Notes under the pieces: model-generated
The model's database searches: none
Told to the model about the DNA's origin: nothing
Seen by the model: the letters and a program-made list of their open reading frames with translations, nothing else
Part shown: positions 53,206-63,366 of the stretch, in pieces
Position numbering within the stretch: position 1 is the stretch's first letter
Layout: each line of letters starts with the position of its first letter
Made by a program: the position numbers and the translations under genes
DNA from: an uncultured Actinomycetes bacterium
GTDB taxonomy: Bacteria > Actinomycetota > UBA4738 > HRBIN12
Length of the DNA stretch: 64,000 bases
NCBI GenBank assembly: GCA_963736335.1
Contig: CAVTOC010000005.1
Location: 506,428 to 570,427 of the forward strand
Direction: 5' to 3'

Positions 53206-54381
53206 TCAAGCGTCGAACGCGCGATCCATCATGTGGCGTCGCATCCACGGGCGGTTCGCGCGGAACGCGTCGAGCCGCAGCGCGATCGGTTCCCCCGTCG
53301 CCATGTCCGCCAGGATCTTCCCGATGAGCGGCGCGAACTTGAACCCGTGCCCGCTGCACGGCGATCCAACGACGATCGGCCCCAACCGATCGAGCAGGAA
53401 CTCGCCGTCCGGCGTGTTGGTGTACAGGCATGTCTCCGGCGGCCGCGCCTCCACCAGGGGCAGGAAGCGCTTCGCGGCCCAGCCTGCGAGCCGGTCGAGC
53501 CGCTCGGGGTCGGGGTCGAAGGAGCGATCGTCGGCATCCACGTCGGGGCCCGACCGGTCGAGCGCCATCTTGATCGAGCCGGGCTCCTCCGGGTTGGGCA
53601 GCGCGTAGGGCGCGTTCGTGGTTCCGTCTCCGTCGCTCGGGAGACCGAGGGTCGACACGCCGGTCCAATCGGTGATCGTCGGGAACGGCAGCGGATCGCC
53701 GGCCAACCGGCAGTACGTCACCTGCTCGAACGAAGGCACCAGCGGGAGGTCGATCCCCGCCGTCCGCAGGAGCCGCCCGGCCCACGGCCCGGCCGTGACC
53801 ACCACCACGGCCGCGCGATACGTCTGGCCGGCGGTGGTCGTGACCTCGACGGCCGCGCCGCCAGGACGGATCGCCTCCACGGCGGTCTCCTCGCGCACGG
53901 TGGCGCCGGCCTCCGCGGCGAGACGCGCCTGTGCGCGGACCGTCCGCTCGGCCATGCAGACGCCGCCCGACTCCTGCATCAGCACCGGCGTCCCTGCCGC
54001 GATCACCAACCCTGGCCACCGCTCCATCGTCGCCTCGGCCTCGAGCCACGCGAACGGTGCACCCGCCGCCTCGAGCGCGTCCGCGGACCGCCGCGATCCC
54101 TCGCCGATATCGATGCCGCCGGTCGTGTGGAGCAGGCGCTCGCCGGCGAGGTCCTCGAGCTCGCGCCATGCGTCGAGCGCGGGCCCGGCCATGCGCACGT
54201 AGTCCGGATGCTCGTACGTGAACCGGAAGATCCGGGTCGGACCGCCCGAGGAGCCGCGAGCGTGCCCGAACGTGAAGCGTTCGAGCAGCAGCGTGTTCCT
54301 GCCTCGCACGGCGAGCTCATGGGCGGCGGCCGTCCCCATCACGCCGCCGCCGACGACGATCGCGTCGAACGTCTCGCTCAG
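53206..54381 (-). CDS. FAD-dependent amine oxidase, monomeric sarcosine oxidase/SolA family; apparent start codon CTG
   Basis: VVGGGVMG, GSSGGPTRIFR, TAGPW, CLYTNTPD (covalent-FAD Cys), CSGHGFKFAP. Confidence 0.87.
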   Translation of the reverse strand: MSETFDAIVVGGGVMGTAAAHELAVRGRNTLLLERFTFGHARGSSGGPTRIFRFTYEHPDYVRMAGPALDAWRELEDLAGERLLHTTGGIDIGEGSRRSADALEAAGAPFAWLEAEATMERWPGLVIAAGTPVLMQESGGVCMAERTVRAQARLAAEAGATVREETAVEAIRPGGAAVEVTTTAGQTYRAAVVVVTAGPWAGRLLRTAGIDLPLVPSFEQVTYCRLAGDPLPFPTITDWTGVSTLGLPSDGDGTTNAPYALPNPEEPGSIKMALDRSGPDVDADDRSFDPDPERLDRLAGWAAKRFLPLVEARPPETCLYTNTPDGEFLLDRLGPIVVGSPCSGHGFKFAPLIGKILADMATGEPIALRLDAFRANRPWMRRHMMDRAFDA

Positions 54382-56495
54382 GTCGTCACCTCGATCGTCT
54401 CGATCCGCGCCGGCCCGAGCACAGCATCGTTCCCGTCGACGGTGACGTGCACCGGTGCGTCGGTCCGCGGGTTCCAGAGCCGAACCTCGAGCACCCCGTC
54501 TCGGCGGCGGACGTTCGACAGCATCGTATCGCCGGACACATCGAGCAGCGATCCGGTCGCCGGCAGGGCGCCGCCGCCCGCGGTCACGCCGGACGTCAGC
54601 GGCAGCGCGAACCGTTCCCACTGGCGAAGGAGTCCGTGGACGTCCGCGTCCGGCCAGATGCCGATGCAGAACGCGGTCTCGCCGATCATCTGCGCGAGCG
54701 GTGTGGGGACGCCGGGCCCGGCGGGGAACGGCCGCGTCGCCATCTGTTCCCGGCTGATCGTGCCGACGCAGCGGAGCAACGTCACCGCGATGGCGCGGCC
54801 GTCCACCACCTCGTACTCGAACACGCCCTCGTGCAGCACGGCCGTGTCCGCCGCCATCGCGACGCCCCGTGCCGGCCACGTCGGCGAGGCCGTTTCGAGG
54901 TCGCTGCCCTCCGACACGAGCGGACGCTCGACCAGCTCGAACGGCGATCCGGCGATGGATGTGGTCGCCGGACCGGGAAGCGTCACGTGCAGCCGCAGCC
55001 GATGGTTGGGCCGACCGTTGCGGATCGTGCCTTCGAGGCGGATGAACGGCTCGTCGGCGCGGCGCGTGATCCGCATCCGGATCTCGAGCGCGCCGTCGAA
55101 CCACGCGCGAACGTCGTCGCCCTCCACGTGGATCTCCGCCGGTCCCCAGGGGACCTGATCCACCTGGTCGTAGCAGAAGTTGTAGAGGTCGCCGACGTCC
55201 GGCTCGTCGAGCAGGACCAGTTCGAGGCCGTCGGCGAGGATCGCGCCGTCGTGGCCCTCGCGGAGCGCGACCGGCGCCATCGGCGGTGCGTCGGCGGCCC
55301 CGACCGCCCACCCGAGCCCGGGCACGCCGTCCCGTTCGAACGGGGACGGGTTGAAGCGGATCGCGCCCGCCGTCCCGACCTGACCGCCGAGTGACCCGAG
55401 CGCGTCGGCGACGATGCCCTCGCACGTCGCCCGGGCCTCCACGAACCGTTCGTCCACGTCCAGCGCCACCTGGTCGTGCGAGCAGCCGCACGACGAGTCG
55501 TGGGCGCCGTTCCACAGCAGCAGCGTCCAGACGCGGGCAAGCTCGTCGGCCGGCCATCGGTACCCGGGGACGAGCGCGGCCAACGGCTCCGCGTAGCGCT
55601 CGACCAGCGACTCGACCCTGCCTCGTTCGCGCTTCTGGTGGACGCGGGCCGAGTACACATTGGGCAGGAGATGTGCGCGCGCGGAGGACCGGAGCTCACC
55701 TCGCCACGTCGGAGGATCCGTCGTGATCGCCTGACCCGCCAGGTGGTCTCCCAGGCCGCCGATGGCGGGCCGGATCTCGTCGAGGATCCCGGCCGCCCCG
55801 GCGAGGCGCTCCACCAGCGACGGATCCGGTCCGGCGTGGTCGTACCCGACCATGACCAGCACCCGGTCGCTCGCCATGAACGGTCGCTGACGGTCGACGG
55901 CACCGGTCAACGCCTCGGCGAGCTCTTCCGGTCCCGTCGCCTTCTCGAACGACGCGCCGTTGAAGTATCCGAACGCCATGTACTCGGTGAGGACGCGGCT
56001 CCCGTCCGGGGACTCCCACCAGAACGCGTCGCGATCGATCGACGCCGGCACGCCACGCCACACGACCGCGTGTTCGACGCCGCCGTGTCGAAGGATCTGC
56101 GGCATCTGTCCCACGTGGCCGAACTGGTCCGGCATGTACCCGACCTCCAGCGCGCGCCCGAGCGCCCGGGCCCGGGACAGTCCGCGCTCGAGGTTGCGGA
56201 TGTGCGACTCGCCCGACGTGAGGAACTCGTCCATCTGCGTGAACCACGGACCGGCTGAGAGCTTCCCGTCGCGCACCAGGCGCCGCACGTCCTCGGCTCG
56301 CTCCGGGCGCATGGCGAGGTAGTCGTCGATCATCGCGGTCTGCCCATCCAGGTGGAAGTGCGGGAAGCCCGCCTCGATCACCTCGACGAGCGTGTCCATC
56401 ATGGCGAGCAGCCGTTGCGAGAACACGCTGAACGGCTCGTACCACTCGCGATCCCAGTGCGTGTGCGGGACGAGCGTCACCGGTGTCGGATCCAT
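54378..56495 (-). CDS. Glycoside hydrolase family 38 (alpha-mannosidase/MngB-like)
   Basis: VPHTHWDREWY, LDGQ, GPW, E..IRNL, YMPDQFGH, WRG, HDS.CGCS.D. Confidence 0.9.
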   Translation of the reverse strand: MDPTPVTLVPHTHWDREWYEPFSVFSQRLLAMMDTLVEVIEAGFPHFHLDGQTAMIDDYLAMRPERAEDVRRLVRDGKLSAGPWFTQMDEFLTSGESHIRNLERGLSRARALGRALEVGYMPDQFGHVGQMPQILRHGGVEHAVVWRGVPASIDRDAFWWESPDGSRVLTEYMAFGYFNGASFEKATGPEELAEALTGAVDRQRPFMASDRVLVMVGYDHAGPDPSLVERLAGAAGILDEIRPAIGGLGDHLAGQAITTDPPTWRGELRSSARAHLLPNVYSARVHQKRERGRVESLVERYAEPLAALVPGYRWPADELARVWTLLLWNGAHDSSCGCSHDQVALDVDERFVEARATCEGIVADALGSLGGQVGTAGAIRFNPSPFERDGVPGLGWAVGAADAPPMAPVALREGHDGAILADGLELVLLDEPDVGDLYNFCYDQVDQVPWGPAEIHVEGDDVRAWFDGALEIRMRITRRADEPFIRLEGTIRNGRPNHRLRLHVTLPGPATTSIAGSPFELVERPLVSEGSDLETASPTWPARGVAMAADTAVLHEGVFEYEVVDGRAIAVTLLRCVGTISREQMATRPFPAGPGVPTPLAQMIGETAFCIGIWPDADVHGLLRQWERFALPLTSGVTAGGGALPATGSLLDVSGDTMLSNVRRRDGVLEVRLWNPRTDAPVHVTVDGNDAVLGPARIETIEVTT

Positions 56496-56569
56496 GGCGC
56501 GGAGTGTGCCACGGCGCATGCATGGTGGAAATCGCCCTGTACCGGGTAGAGACTCGCGACGGTGAGCCG

Positions 56570-57790
56570 ATGAGCGACGAACGCGCGCGCGACGACTGGC
56601 ATCACCGTTGGCCGCCCATGACGTACTGGGTGAAGGTCACGGTCGTCGTCCTGCTCACCTACATGGTCCTGCAGGCGGCGACGGTCGTCTCGAGCATCCT
56701 GTTGCTCGTCGTCATGGCGCTCGTGATCGCGGTGGGCCTCGATCCCGCGGTCCGGTACCTCCAGCGGTTCCATGTGCGGCGCGGGACGGCCACGGCGTTG
56801 ATCATCCTCGGGGTGATCGCCTTCCTCGCGTTGTTCGTCCTGCTGCTCGGCCCGCCGCTCGCCCGTCAGATATCCGACCTGGCCGGTCACATCCCCGACT
56901 ACGTCCAGAAGCTGGCCAACCGCAACGACGCGATCGGGAAGTATTTCCGCGACCACGACGTCACGCAGAGCGTGAAGGACTTCGTGGAGAACATCCCGTC
57001 GAAGATCGCGCACTCGTTCGACACGGTCCTGGGCATCGCGGGGAAGCTTGGCAGCCTGGCGTTCCAGCTGGTGACGATCGCCATCCTCACGATCTACTTC
57101 ATGCTCGCGCTCCCGAGCATGCGCCGGACCGCCGTGATCGTGTTCGCGCCCGAGCATCGCGAACGGGGCGAGAACGTGCTGAACCGCGCCGTTGAGAAGA
57201 TCGGCGGTTACGTCGGCGGCAACCTGGTGACGTCGGGCGTGTGCGGGCTGGCGTCGATGTTCGCCTTGCTCGTCCTGGGCGTGCCGTTCGCCATCCCGCT
57301 CGCGATGTGGGCCGGCGTCGCCGATCTGATCCCGCAGTTCGGCTCGTACCTGGGGGCGGCGCCCGCGGTGTTGATCGGCTTCCTCCAGTCGCCGATCAAG
57401 GGCGTGCTCGTGCTCGCCTACTTCATCCTCTACCAGCAGTTCGAGAACTACTTCCTGGTGCCGCGCGTCATGAAGGACGCGGTCGACCTGTCGCCCGCGG
57501 CGGTCATCATCAGCACGCTGATCGGGGGCAGCCTGTTGGGATTCGCGGGGGCGTTATTGGCGCTTCCGGTTGCGGCGACGATCAAGGTCGTGATCTACGA
57601 CGTGTGGCTCCACGACCGTGTGCAGGCCGGTGACGAGCTGGCGCGGGAGCACGTGGAGGGGAAGGCGGAGGCGGAGGCGGAGGCGGAGGCCGTGGCGGAA
57701 GCGCGTGCCGAAGCTCGCAAGGGCGCGCTCGCGAAGCTCATGGGGCGCCGTCGGAAGGGGAGCGACGACCCCGGCGGGAAGGACGGCTGA
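56570..57790 (+). CDS. AI-2E family transporter
   Basis: LDPAV, LIPQFG..LG, YQQFENY.LVPRVM, GG.L.G..GALLALPVAA. Confidence 0.9.
   Translation: MSDERARDDWHHRWPPMTYWVKVTVVVLLTYMVLQAATVVSSILLLVVMALVIAVGLDPAVRYLQRFHVRRGTATALIILGVIAFLALFVLLLGPPLARQISDLAGHIPDYVQKLANRNDAIGKYFRDHDVTQSVKDFVENIPSKIAHSFDTVLGIAGKLGSLAFQLVTIAILTIYFMLALPSMRRTAVIVFAPEHRERGENVLNRAVEKIGGYVGGNLVTSGVCGLASMFALLVLGVPFAIPLAMWAGVADLIPQFGSYLGAAPAVLIGFLQSPIKGVLVLAYFILYQQFENYFLVPRVMKDAVDLSPAAVIISTLIGGSLLGFAGALLALPVAATIKVVIYDVWLHDRVQAGDELAREHVEGKAEAEAEAEAVAEARAEARKGALAKLMGRRRKGSDDPGGKDG
57665..57688 (+). repeat. In-frame hexamer microsatellite (GCGGAG)4 encoding (AE)4
   Basis: Four perfect copies in the C-terminal tail of the AI-2E gene. 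Confidence 0.85.
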
Positions 57791-57809
57791 GCGGCAGTAG
57801 CATGACGTC

Positions 57810-58301
57810 ATGCCCGAAGAGGCCGTCGGCAAGACGGGTATCCCCAGCGAGAAACGGCAGAAGGCCGAGCGTCCGCGCGACCGGCTGGGCCGTCCGCAGG
57901 CGTGGGGAGCGGAGAACCAGCTCCACATGCCGAACTTCGACGAGATGACCCTGGAGGAGAACCACGAGCTCGGGCGCCGCTACACGCGTGAACGCGATTT
58001 CTTCCCGGCTCACGAGGCCTGGGAGACGGCGTGGAAGCAGGCCCGGGGCACCCACGACGCCGAGTTCTTCAAGGGGCTCTCGCAGATGGGGGCGGGGTAC
58101 GTCCATCTGATGCGGGGGAACGCGCACGGCACCGTGACGTTGCTGCGGCGAGCATCCAGCCGCGTCGGCCGCTATCCCGACGGGCATCGGGGGATCCACA
58201 CGCTGGCGCTCCGGGACAAGCTCGAGGCGGATGCGGCCCGGGTCGTGCGGGGCGCGTTGGTGCCCGGAGAAGACGCCGCGTTCGAACCGCCCGACGTGTA
58301 A
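57810..58301 (+). CDS. DUF309 domain-containing protein
   Basis: RPRDRLGRP, FFPAHEAWE.AWK, KGLSQ.....H..RGN..G. Confidence 0.85.
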   Translation: MPEEAVGKTGIPSEKRQKAERPRDRLGRPQAWGAENQLHMPNFDEMTLEENHELGRRYTRERDFFPAHEAWETAWKQARGTHDAEFFKGLSQMGAGYVHLMRGNAHGTVTLLRRASSRVGRYPDGHRGIHTLALRDKLEADAARVVRGALVPGEDAAFEPPDV

Positions 58302-58310
58302 CCTGTTCGT

Positions 58311-59030
58311 ATGAGCCAGGTCGCACCCACGGAGATGGAGTGGAAGGGACGCACGGGTCCGTTCACCATCCTGTTGAACCCCGGGGTATTCAGCCCCACC
58401 CACACCAGCCGGACGATCGCCGACGCGCTTGACATCGGTCCGGACGACACCGTGATCGATGTCGGTTGCGGCAGCGGCGTGCTGTCGTTCGTCGCGGCGC
58501 GCATGGGAGCCAAGCGCGTGGTCGGCTGCGATATCTCCGAGGAGGCCGTCGAGGCGGCAACGCGGAACGCGAAGCGCCTCGGGTTGGACGATCGCGTCGA
58601 GTTCCGGGCGGGCAGCCTGCTCGACCCGGTCCGCGACGTGAGGGCGTCGGTGCTGATCGGTGACGTGTCCGGGATCCCGGACGAGATCGCGCAGGTGACC
58701 GGCTGGTTCCCCGACGGGCGCGCGGGCGGGCCCACCGGCGCCGAACTGCCCAGTCTGATGCTCCAGAGCATCGGCGACACGCTCGCCGTGGGCGGCCGGT
58801 TGTACCTGCCGACCGGCACCATCCAGGACGAGAAGTCCATCATCGCCGCCGCGCACCTGATGTTCGGCGACAACATGGAGCCCGTGATCGAGCGCGAGTT
58901 CCCGCTCCCCGACATCGTGGGCAAGTCCGTCGCCGTCGCCCGCATGATGAAGGAAGGGCTGCTCAACCTCCACCGCCGCGGCAGCCGCTGGCTCTGGCGC
59001 CTGCAGATCTGGCGCTGCGTCCGCACCTGA
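58311..59030 (+). CDS. Class I SAM-dependent methyltransferase
   Basis: PGVFSPT, VIDVGCGSGVL, GCDIS, N...LGL...VEF..GSL. Confidence 0.85.
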   Translation: MSQVAPTEMEWKGRTGPFTILLNPGVFSPTHTSRTIADALDIGPDDTVIDVGCGSGVLSFVAARMGAKRVVGCDISEEAVEAATRNAKRLGLDDRVEFRAGSLLDPVRDVRASVLIGDVSGIPDEIAQVTGWFPDGRAGGPTGAELPSLMLQSIGDTLAVGGRLYLPTGTIQDEKSIIAAAHLMFGDNMEPVIEREFPLPDIVGKSVAVARMMKEGLLNLHRRGSRWLWRLQIWRCVRT

Positions 59031-59038
59031 TACGACCG

Positions 59039-59647
59039 GTGTCCCGGCGTCGTTGGCTCCGGGACGTGGCGCTGCTCGTCGTAGGTTCCTCGGGCTTCGC
59101 GCTGACCGCAAGCCTCGCCGCGCGCGGAGGGATCGACGAACGCGAACGCGGCGCGTTCCGCGCGGCGAACGGCGCATCCCTCGACTACCGCGCGGTGTGG
59201 GTCCCGATGCAGTACGGCACGTTCGCGACCGTGCCCGCGCTGGCGGGCATCGCCTTCGCGTGGCGGCGCCCCCGTCTCGGGACGGGACTCCTGCTCGCCG
59301 GCACGTCCGCGTACGCCCTCGCCAAGGTCGCCAAGCGATACGTCGGACGAGGTCGCCCGGCGACCGAGTTGGAGGACGTCGTCATCCGCGGCAAGGAGGA
59401 GGGCGACCTCGGGTTCCCGTCCGGCCACGCCGCGGTCTCCGCGGCGCTCTCCACCGCCGCCGTTCCCTTCCTGCCGCCTCCTGTTCGGATGGCGGCCGCC
59501 GGTCTGGCCACGTTCGTGTCGTTCGCGCGCGTCCATGTCGGAGCGCACCTGCCGCTCGACGTCGCGGGCGGGGCGTGCCTGGGCGTCGCGCTCGGCTCCG
59601 CGATCAACCTGGCGCTCGGGTTCGACCGCGATCGCCCGCGGCCGTGA
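59039..59647 (+). CDS. PAP2 family phosphatase
   Basis: K....R.RP, FPSGH, RV.VGAH.P.DV.GG. Confidence 0.9.
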   Translation: MSRRRWLRDVALLVVGSSGFALTASLAARGGIDERERGAFRAANGASLDYRAVWVPMQYGTFATVPALAGIAFAWRRPRLGTGLLLAGTSAYALAKVAKRYVGRGRPATELEDVVIRGKEEGDLGFPSGHAAVSAALSTAAVPFLPPPVRMAAAGLATFVSFARVHVGAHLPLDVAGGACLGVALGSAINLALGFDRDRPRP

Positions 59648-59750
59648 CCTCGCTCGACCCCCGGACTCAACCAGCCTACGGTTGCGCGACGATACCGTTG
59701 CTGCTACGAACATCTCAGCGGGTCACCGCGCGCAAACGCAGGGGGTCAGC

Positions 59751-61148
59751 ATGGTGAAGGCCGAAGGCGCCACGGAGGCAAAGAAGACGATCGCTCGCGA
59801 GCGGAAACTCTCCGCCGAGGAGCGGATCGCGCGCGGGAAGGCCGCTCGCGAGAAGACACCTCGCGCGAGCCACGCGAAGTGGCAGCCGTCGCCCGACCGA
59901 CCCGACCTGATCTCGCTGCTCAAGGAGCAGGCCGTGACCAGGCTGCCCGAGTTGATCGCGATACGGCACGGCCGGATGTCCGCTTCACCGTTCACGTTCT
60001 ACCGAGGGTCGGCGATCGTGATGGCCGACGACCTGGCCGGGACGCCGGTCAGCGGGATCAGGGCGCAGATCTGCGGGGACGCGCATCTGTCGAACTTCGG
60101 CGTCTTCGGTTCGCCGGAGCGCCGGATGATGTTCGACCTCAACGACTTCGATGAGACGCTCCCCGGGCCGTGGGAGTGGGACGTGAAGCGGATGGCCGCG
60201 AGCTTCGTGGTCGGGGCGCGCGCGGTCGGGTTCCCGAAGGGCACGGGACGGCAGGCGGCGATCGCGGCGGTTGAGTCCTATCGGGCTCGGATGGCCGAGT
60301 TCGCCACGATGCGCGACCTCGACGTCTGGTACTCCCACATCACGTCCGACGAGATCCTGGCCGCGACGACCACCGCCAGGATGCGCAAGCGCACCGACGC
60401 GATGATGGCGAAGGCACGCACGAAGGACAGCCTGCAGGCGTTCGCGAAGCTCACGACCGTCGTGGACGGCAGGCCGCGGATCGTCGACGATCCACCACTC
60501 ATCATCCGTGTGGACGCGGCCGAGCTTCCCGTCGAGATCGAGACCCTCCTGGCTCAGTACCGTCGCACGCTGCAGGACGATCGCAAGCATCTCCTGGAGC
60601 AATACGAGTTCGTGGACCTCGCGCGGAAGGTGGTCGGGGTCGGGAGCGTCGGCACCCGCTGCTTCATCGCGCTCCTCGCCGGCCGTGACGACGCCGATCC
60701 CTTGTTCCTCCAGGTGAAGGAGGCCCAGGGCTCGGTGCTCGAGCGGCACCTTCCCAAGAGCCGGTTCCGCAACCACGGCCAGCGGGTCGTCGCCGGTCAG
60801 CGCTTCATGCAAGCCTCGAGCGACATCTTCCTCGGTTGGATCCGCGCCCCCGCAGGCATCGACTACTACTGGCGTCAGCTGCGCGACATGAAGGGCTCGG
60901 CGGTGGTGGAGGAGATGGTCCCGGACGGCTACAGGGCCTACGCCGGTCTCTGCGGCTGGGCGCTCGCCCGCGCGCACGCCCGTTCGGGCGACCGGATCGC
61001 GATCGCCGCCTACCTCGGCAAGAGCGACGTCTTCGCGAAGGCGATCGCCGACTTCTCGGAGACCTACGCCGACCAGACCGAGCGGGACCACCAGACGATG
61101 CTCGACGCCATCGCCAAGGGGCAGATCGAGGCCGAGGTGGGCGTCTGA
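59751..61148 (+). CDS. DUF2252 family protein (kinase-like fold)
   Basis: RHGRM..SPF.FYRG.A, CGDAHL.NFG, FD.NDFDE, GPWEWDVKR, KVVGVGSVG, LQVKEA, RQLRDMK, LARAHARSGD. Confidence 0.9.
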   Translation: MVKAEGATEAKKTIARERKLSAEERIARGKAAREKTPRASHAKWQPSPDRPDLISLLKEQAVTRLPELIAIRHGRMSASPFTFYRGSAIVMADDLAGTPVSGIRAQICGDAHLSNFGVFGSPERRMMFDLNDFDETLPGPWEWDVKRMAASFVVGARAVGFPKGTGRQAAIAAVESYRARMAEFATMRDLDVWYSHITSDEILAATTTARMRKRTDAMMAKARTKDSLQAFAKLTTVVDGRPRIVDDPPLIIRVDAAELPVEIETLLAQYRRTLQDDRKHLLEQYEFVDLARKVVGVGSVGTRCFIALLAGRDDADPLFLQVKEAQGSVLERHLPKSRFRNHGQRVVAGQRFMQASSDIFLGWIRAPAGIDYYWRQLRDMKGSAVVEEMVPDGYRAYAGLCGWALARAHARSGDRIAIAAYLGKSDVFAKAIADFSETYADQTERDHQTMLDAIAKGQIEAEVGV

Positions 61149-61152
61149 CGAC

Positions 61153-62511
61153 CTACATCGCCGGTGGCGCGGCGACGTCGGGACCGCCTTCGGCGAGCCA
61201 ACGCATGCCCAATTCGTAGAGCACGACCAGCGCCCCGAGCACGATCACCGAGACCCAGGACAGGCCGACGAAGAACAACAGCACCACGGCGACGATCGGT
61301 CCGGCGAACCGGATGACATCGCCATGCGCGCGGATCCAGACGGCGAACGGTCGGTCGGACGCGGCCACGTCCCTCCCTGCGCCGTAAGCCCGGGCCGCCT
61401 GCCTCCGTGCCGCGTCGAGCCATTCGCGCTTGCCCATGAGGAACGCGACCACCGCGACGATCAGCGCGATGACGAACAGCCATCGGGTGAAGCCCCGGAG
61501 GCTCCCGAACGCGTCGTCCAAGACGGCTTTCGCGGCTCCTCTGTTCTGCGACGCGATCGAGTTCACGACGTCGGTCGAGACCTTCTTGATGATGAGGCGC
61601 GCGATCAGCACGCCCACGATCGTGCCGACGGCCAGCTGCACCGCCGTCCGGCGCCGGTTGACCGACAGGACCATCGTTATGGCGATCAACAGCAGCGAGA
61701 ACGCGATCAGCACGTACGTGAGCGTGTCGAAGAGCTTGACCGCGTTCTGAGCCGCCTCGAGGTCGGCCGACTGGAAGATCACGATCTGTCCGAAATCCGG
61801 CGGGAGCGGCCGGCCGAGCGCGGATGAGAGCGCCGCGATCGCGCTGCTGACCTGCTCCGTGCCGGTGACCTGCGGCAGCGTGATCCGATCGCCCAGCAGC
61901 CCCTGCGCGACGGACTGGATCTGCTGCAGGATCGCCGTGATCGCCGGAAGGAGGTTCAACGTGACCTGCCCGTTCTCGATGCTGAGGCTCGGGCCCTGGC
62001 GGCCGCGGAGGATATTCACGATCGTCTCGTGCGCCAACCGGTTCGCCTCCGTCCAGAGGGTCGCCCACGTCGGCGAGTTGAAGAAGGCGAGCAGCTTGTC
62101 GTGGACGAAGCCCTGGATCGCGTTCGTGATCGGACCCGCGAGGAAGGCCGCTTGCGGCGCCGCCTGTTCGAGCGCGGTCTGCGCCCGCGCCTGGAGATCC
62201 AGCGTGGTAACGATCTGATCCGTCACGTAGTTGGCCAGCGCGGCCGTCACCTGCGGATCGGTGCCGAGCGGCGCCACCGTCTCGACCCACGCGTTGGTGT
62301 TCAGCAACGTCCGGTGCGCCCAGGTGTCGACGGTGGTCACGGTGACCGAGAGGATCGTCAGGACGACCATCACGCCGACGAGGATCTTCCGCATATTGAC
62401 CCTCTTCACGCGCTTCTCGCCTTCGTACTTCTCCAACTTGTGCTGGAGCTCTTGGTTCTCGACGACGAGCGCCGCGGGGTCCGGGGTCTGGTCGATCGGT
62501 GTGTCGCTCAC
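61153..62511 (-). CDS. Hypothetical integral membrane protein
   Basis: 452-aa ORF, RBS GGAGG, N-terminal TM, large soluble domain (L..W..AN..AH), five C-terminal TMs. Confidence 0.75.
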   Translation of the reverse strand: MSDTPIDQTPDPAALVVENQELQHKLEKYEGEKRVKRVNMRKILVGVMVVLTILSVTVTTVDTWAHRTLLNTNAWVETVAPLGTDPQVTAALANYVTDQIVTTLDLQARAQTALEQAAPQAAFLAGPITNAIQGFVHDKLLAFFNSPTWATLWTEANRLAHETIVNILRGRQGPSLSIENGQVTLNLLPAITAILQQIQSVAQGLLGDRITLPQVTGTEQVSSAIAALSSALGRPLPPDFGQIVIFQSADLEAAQNAVKLFDTLTYVLIAFSLLLIAITMVLSVNRRRTAVQLAVGTIVGVLIARLIIKKVSTDVVNSIASQNRGAAKAVLDDAFGSLRGFTRWLFVIALIVAVVAFLMGKREWLDAARRQAARAYGAGRDVAASDRPFAVWIRAHGDVIRFAGPIVAVVLLFFVGLSWVSVIVLGALVVLYELGMRWLAEGGPDVAAPPAM

Positions 62512-62551
62512 GATGCCTCCGTTCGTCTCACGGGTTGCGCGGGTCGAGCGC

Positions 62552-63301
62552 TCACCCGTTGCCCCTCACCCTGGCCAGCAGGTACAGGATCTCCAGATAG
62601 AGCCACACGAGCGTCGTCTGCAATCCGAACGCCGCGTACCACTCGAACGCCGCAGGCGCGCCGGCCTTCACGCCCGTCTCCACGACCGCGAAGTCGGCGA
62701 TCAGGCTCATGGCCGCGACGATGCAGATCACGACGCTGATCGCGATGCCGGTGGTCGAGCCGTTGTAGAGGAAGTTCAGCCGGACGCCGAAGATGCTCAC
62801 GAACCACCCGAACAGGTACAGGAACGAGATCCCGACGATCGAGATGAAGAGCACCCGCACGAACTTGCCGGTGACGCGGATGACGCGGAACGAATACAGG
62901 AACAGGCACGCGATGAACACGCAGACCGTCGTCAGGAGCGCCTGCCCCACGATGCCCTGGTAGTAAGCCTCGTAGATCCGCGAGATCGATCCCATCCACG
63001 TGCCCATCAACGCGGCGTACACGATCCCCGCGACCGCGGCGATGCGCGGGTTGTTGACGGCCGCGAACGTGAGGGCGATCAACAGGATGTACCCGAGGAA
63101 GAACCACATCCCGGACGTGGTCGCGACACGCGCCGCCCACTGCCAGCCGACCGCGGCGAACCCCAGCGTGATGATCACGAGGAACAACGAGCGCACGATG
63201 GTCCCGCCGTAGGTCATCGACTTGGTAACGGGTCGACCGCCGGTCAGCTCCTGCACGTGCGCGGGAGAGTAGGTCTGTTCGTTCAATACCTGTTTGGACA
63301 A
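62552..63301 (-). CDS. Bax inhibitor-1/YccA family membrane protein
   Basis: MTY.GT, YAAL.G, YQGIV.QA, EWYAAFGL..TLVWLYLEIL; TTG start with AGGAGG RBS. Confidence 0.87.
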   Translation of the reverse strand: MSKQVLNEQTYSPAHVQELTGGRPVTKSMTYGGTIVRSLFLVIITLGFAAVGWQWAARVATTSGMWFFLGYILLIALTFAAVNNPRIAAVAGIVYAALMGTWMGSISRIYEAYYQGIVGQALLTTVCVFIACLFLYSFRVIRVTGKFVRVLFISIVGISFLYLFGWFVSIFGVRLNFLYNGSTTGIAISVVICIVAAMSLIADFAVVETGVKAGAPAAFEWYAAFGLQTTLVWLYLEILYLLARVRGNG

Positions 63302-63366
63302 CCGGGCCCTCCTGAGGTTCGTATGGGACGGGATCTCTGGTGTCTTGTAGCACGAACGGTTGCCAT

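Noticed and set aside
57665-57688. (GCGGAG)4 as a phase-variation tract
   Set aside because: Unit length is a multiple of three and lies in a low-complexity C-terminal tail, so slippage would not switch expression.
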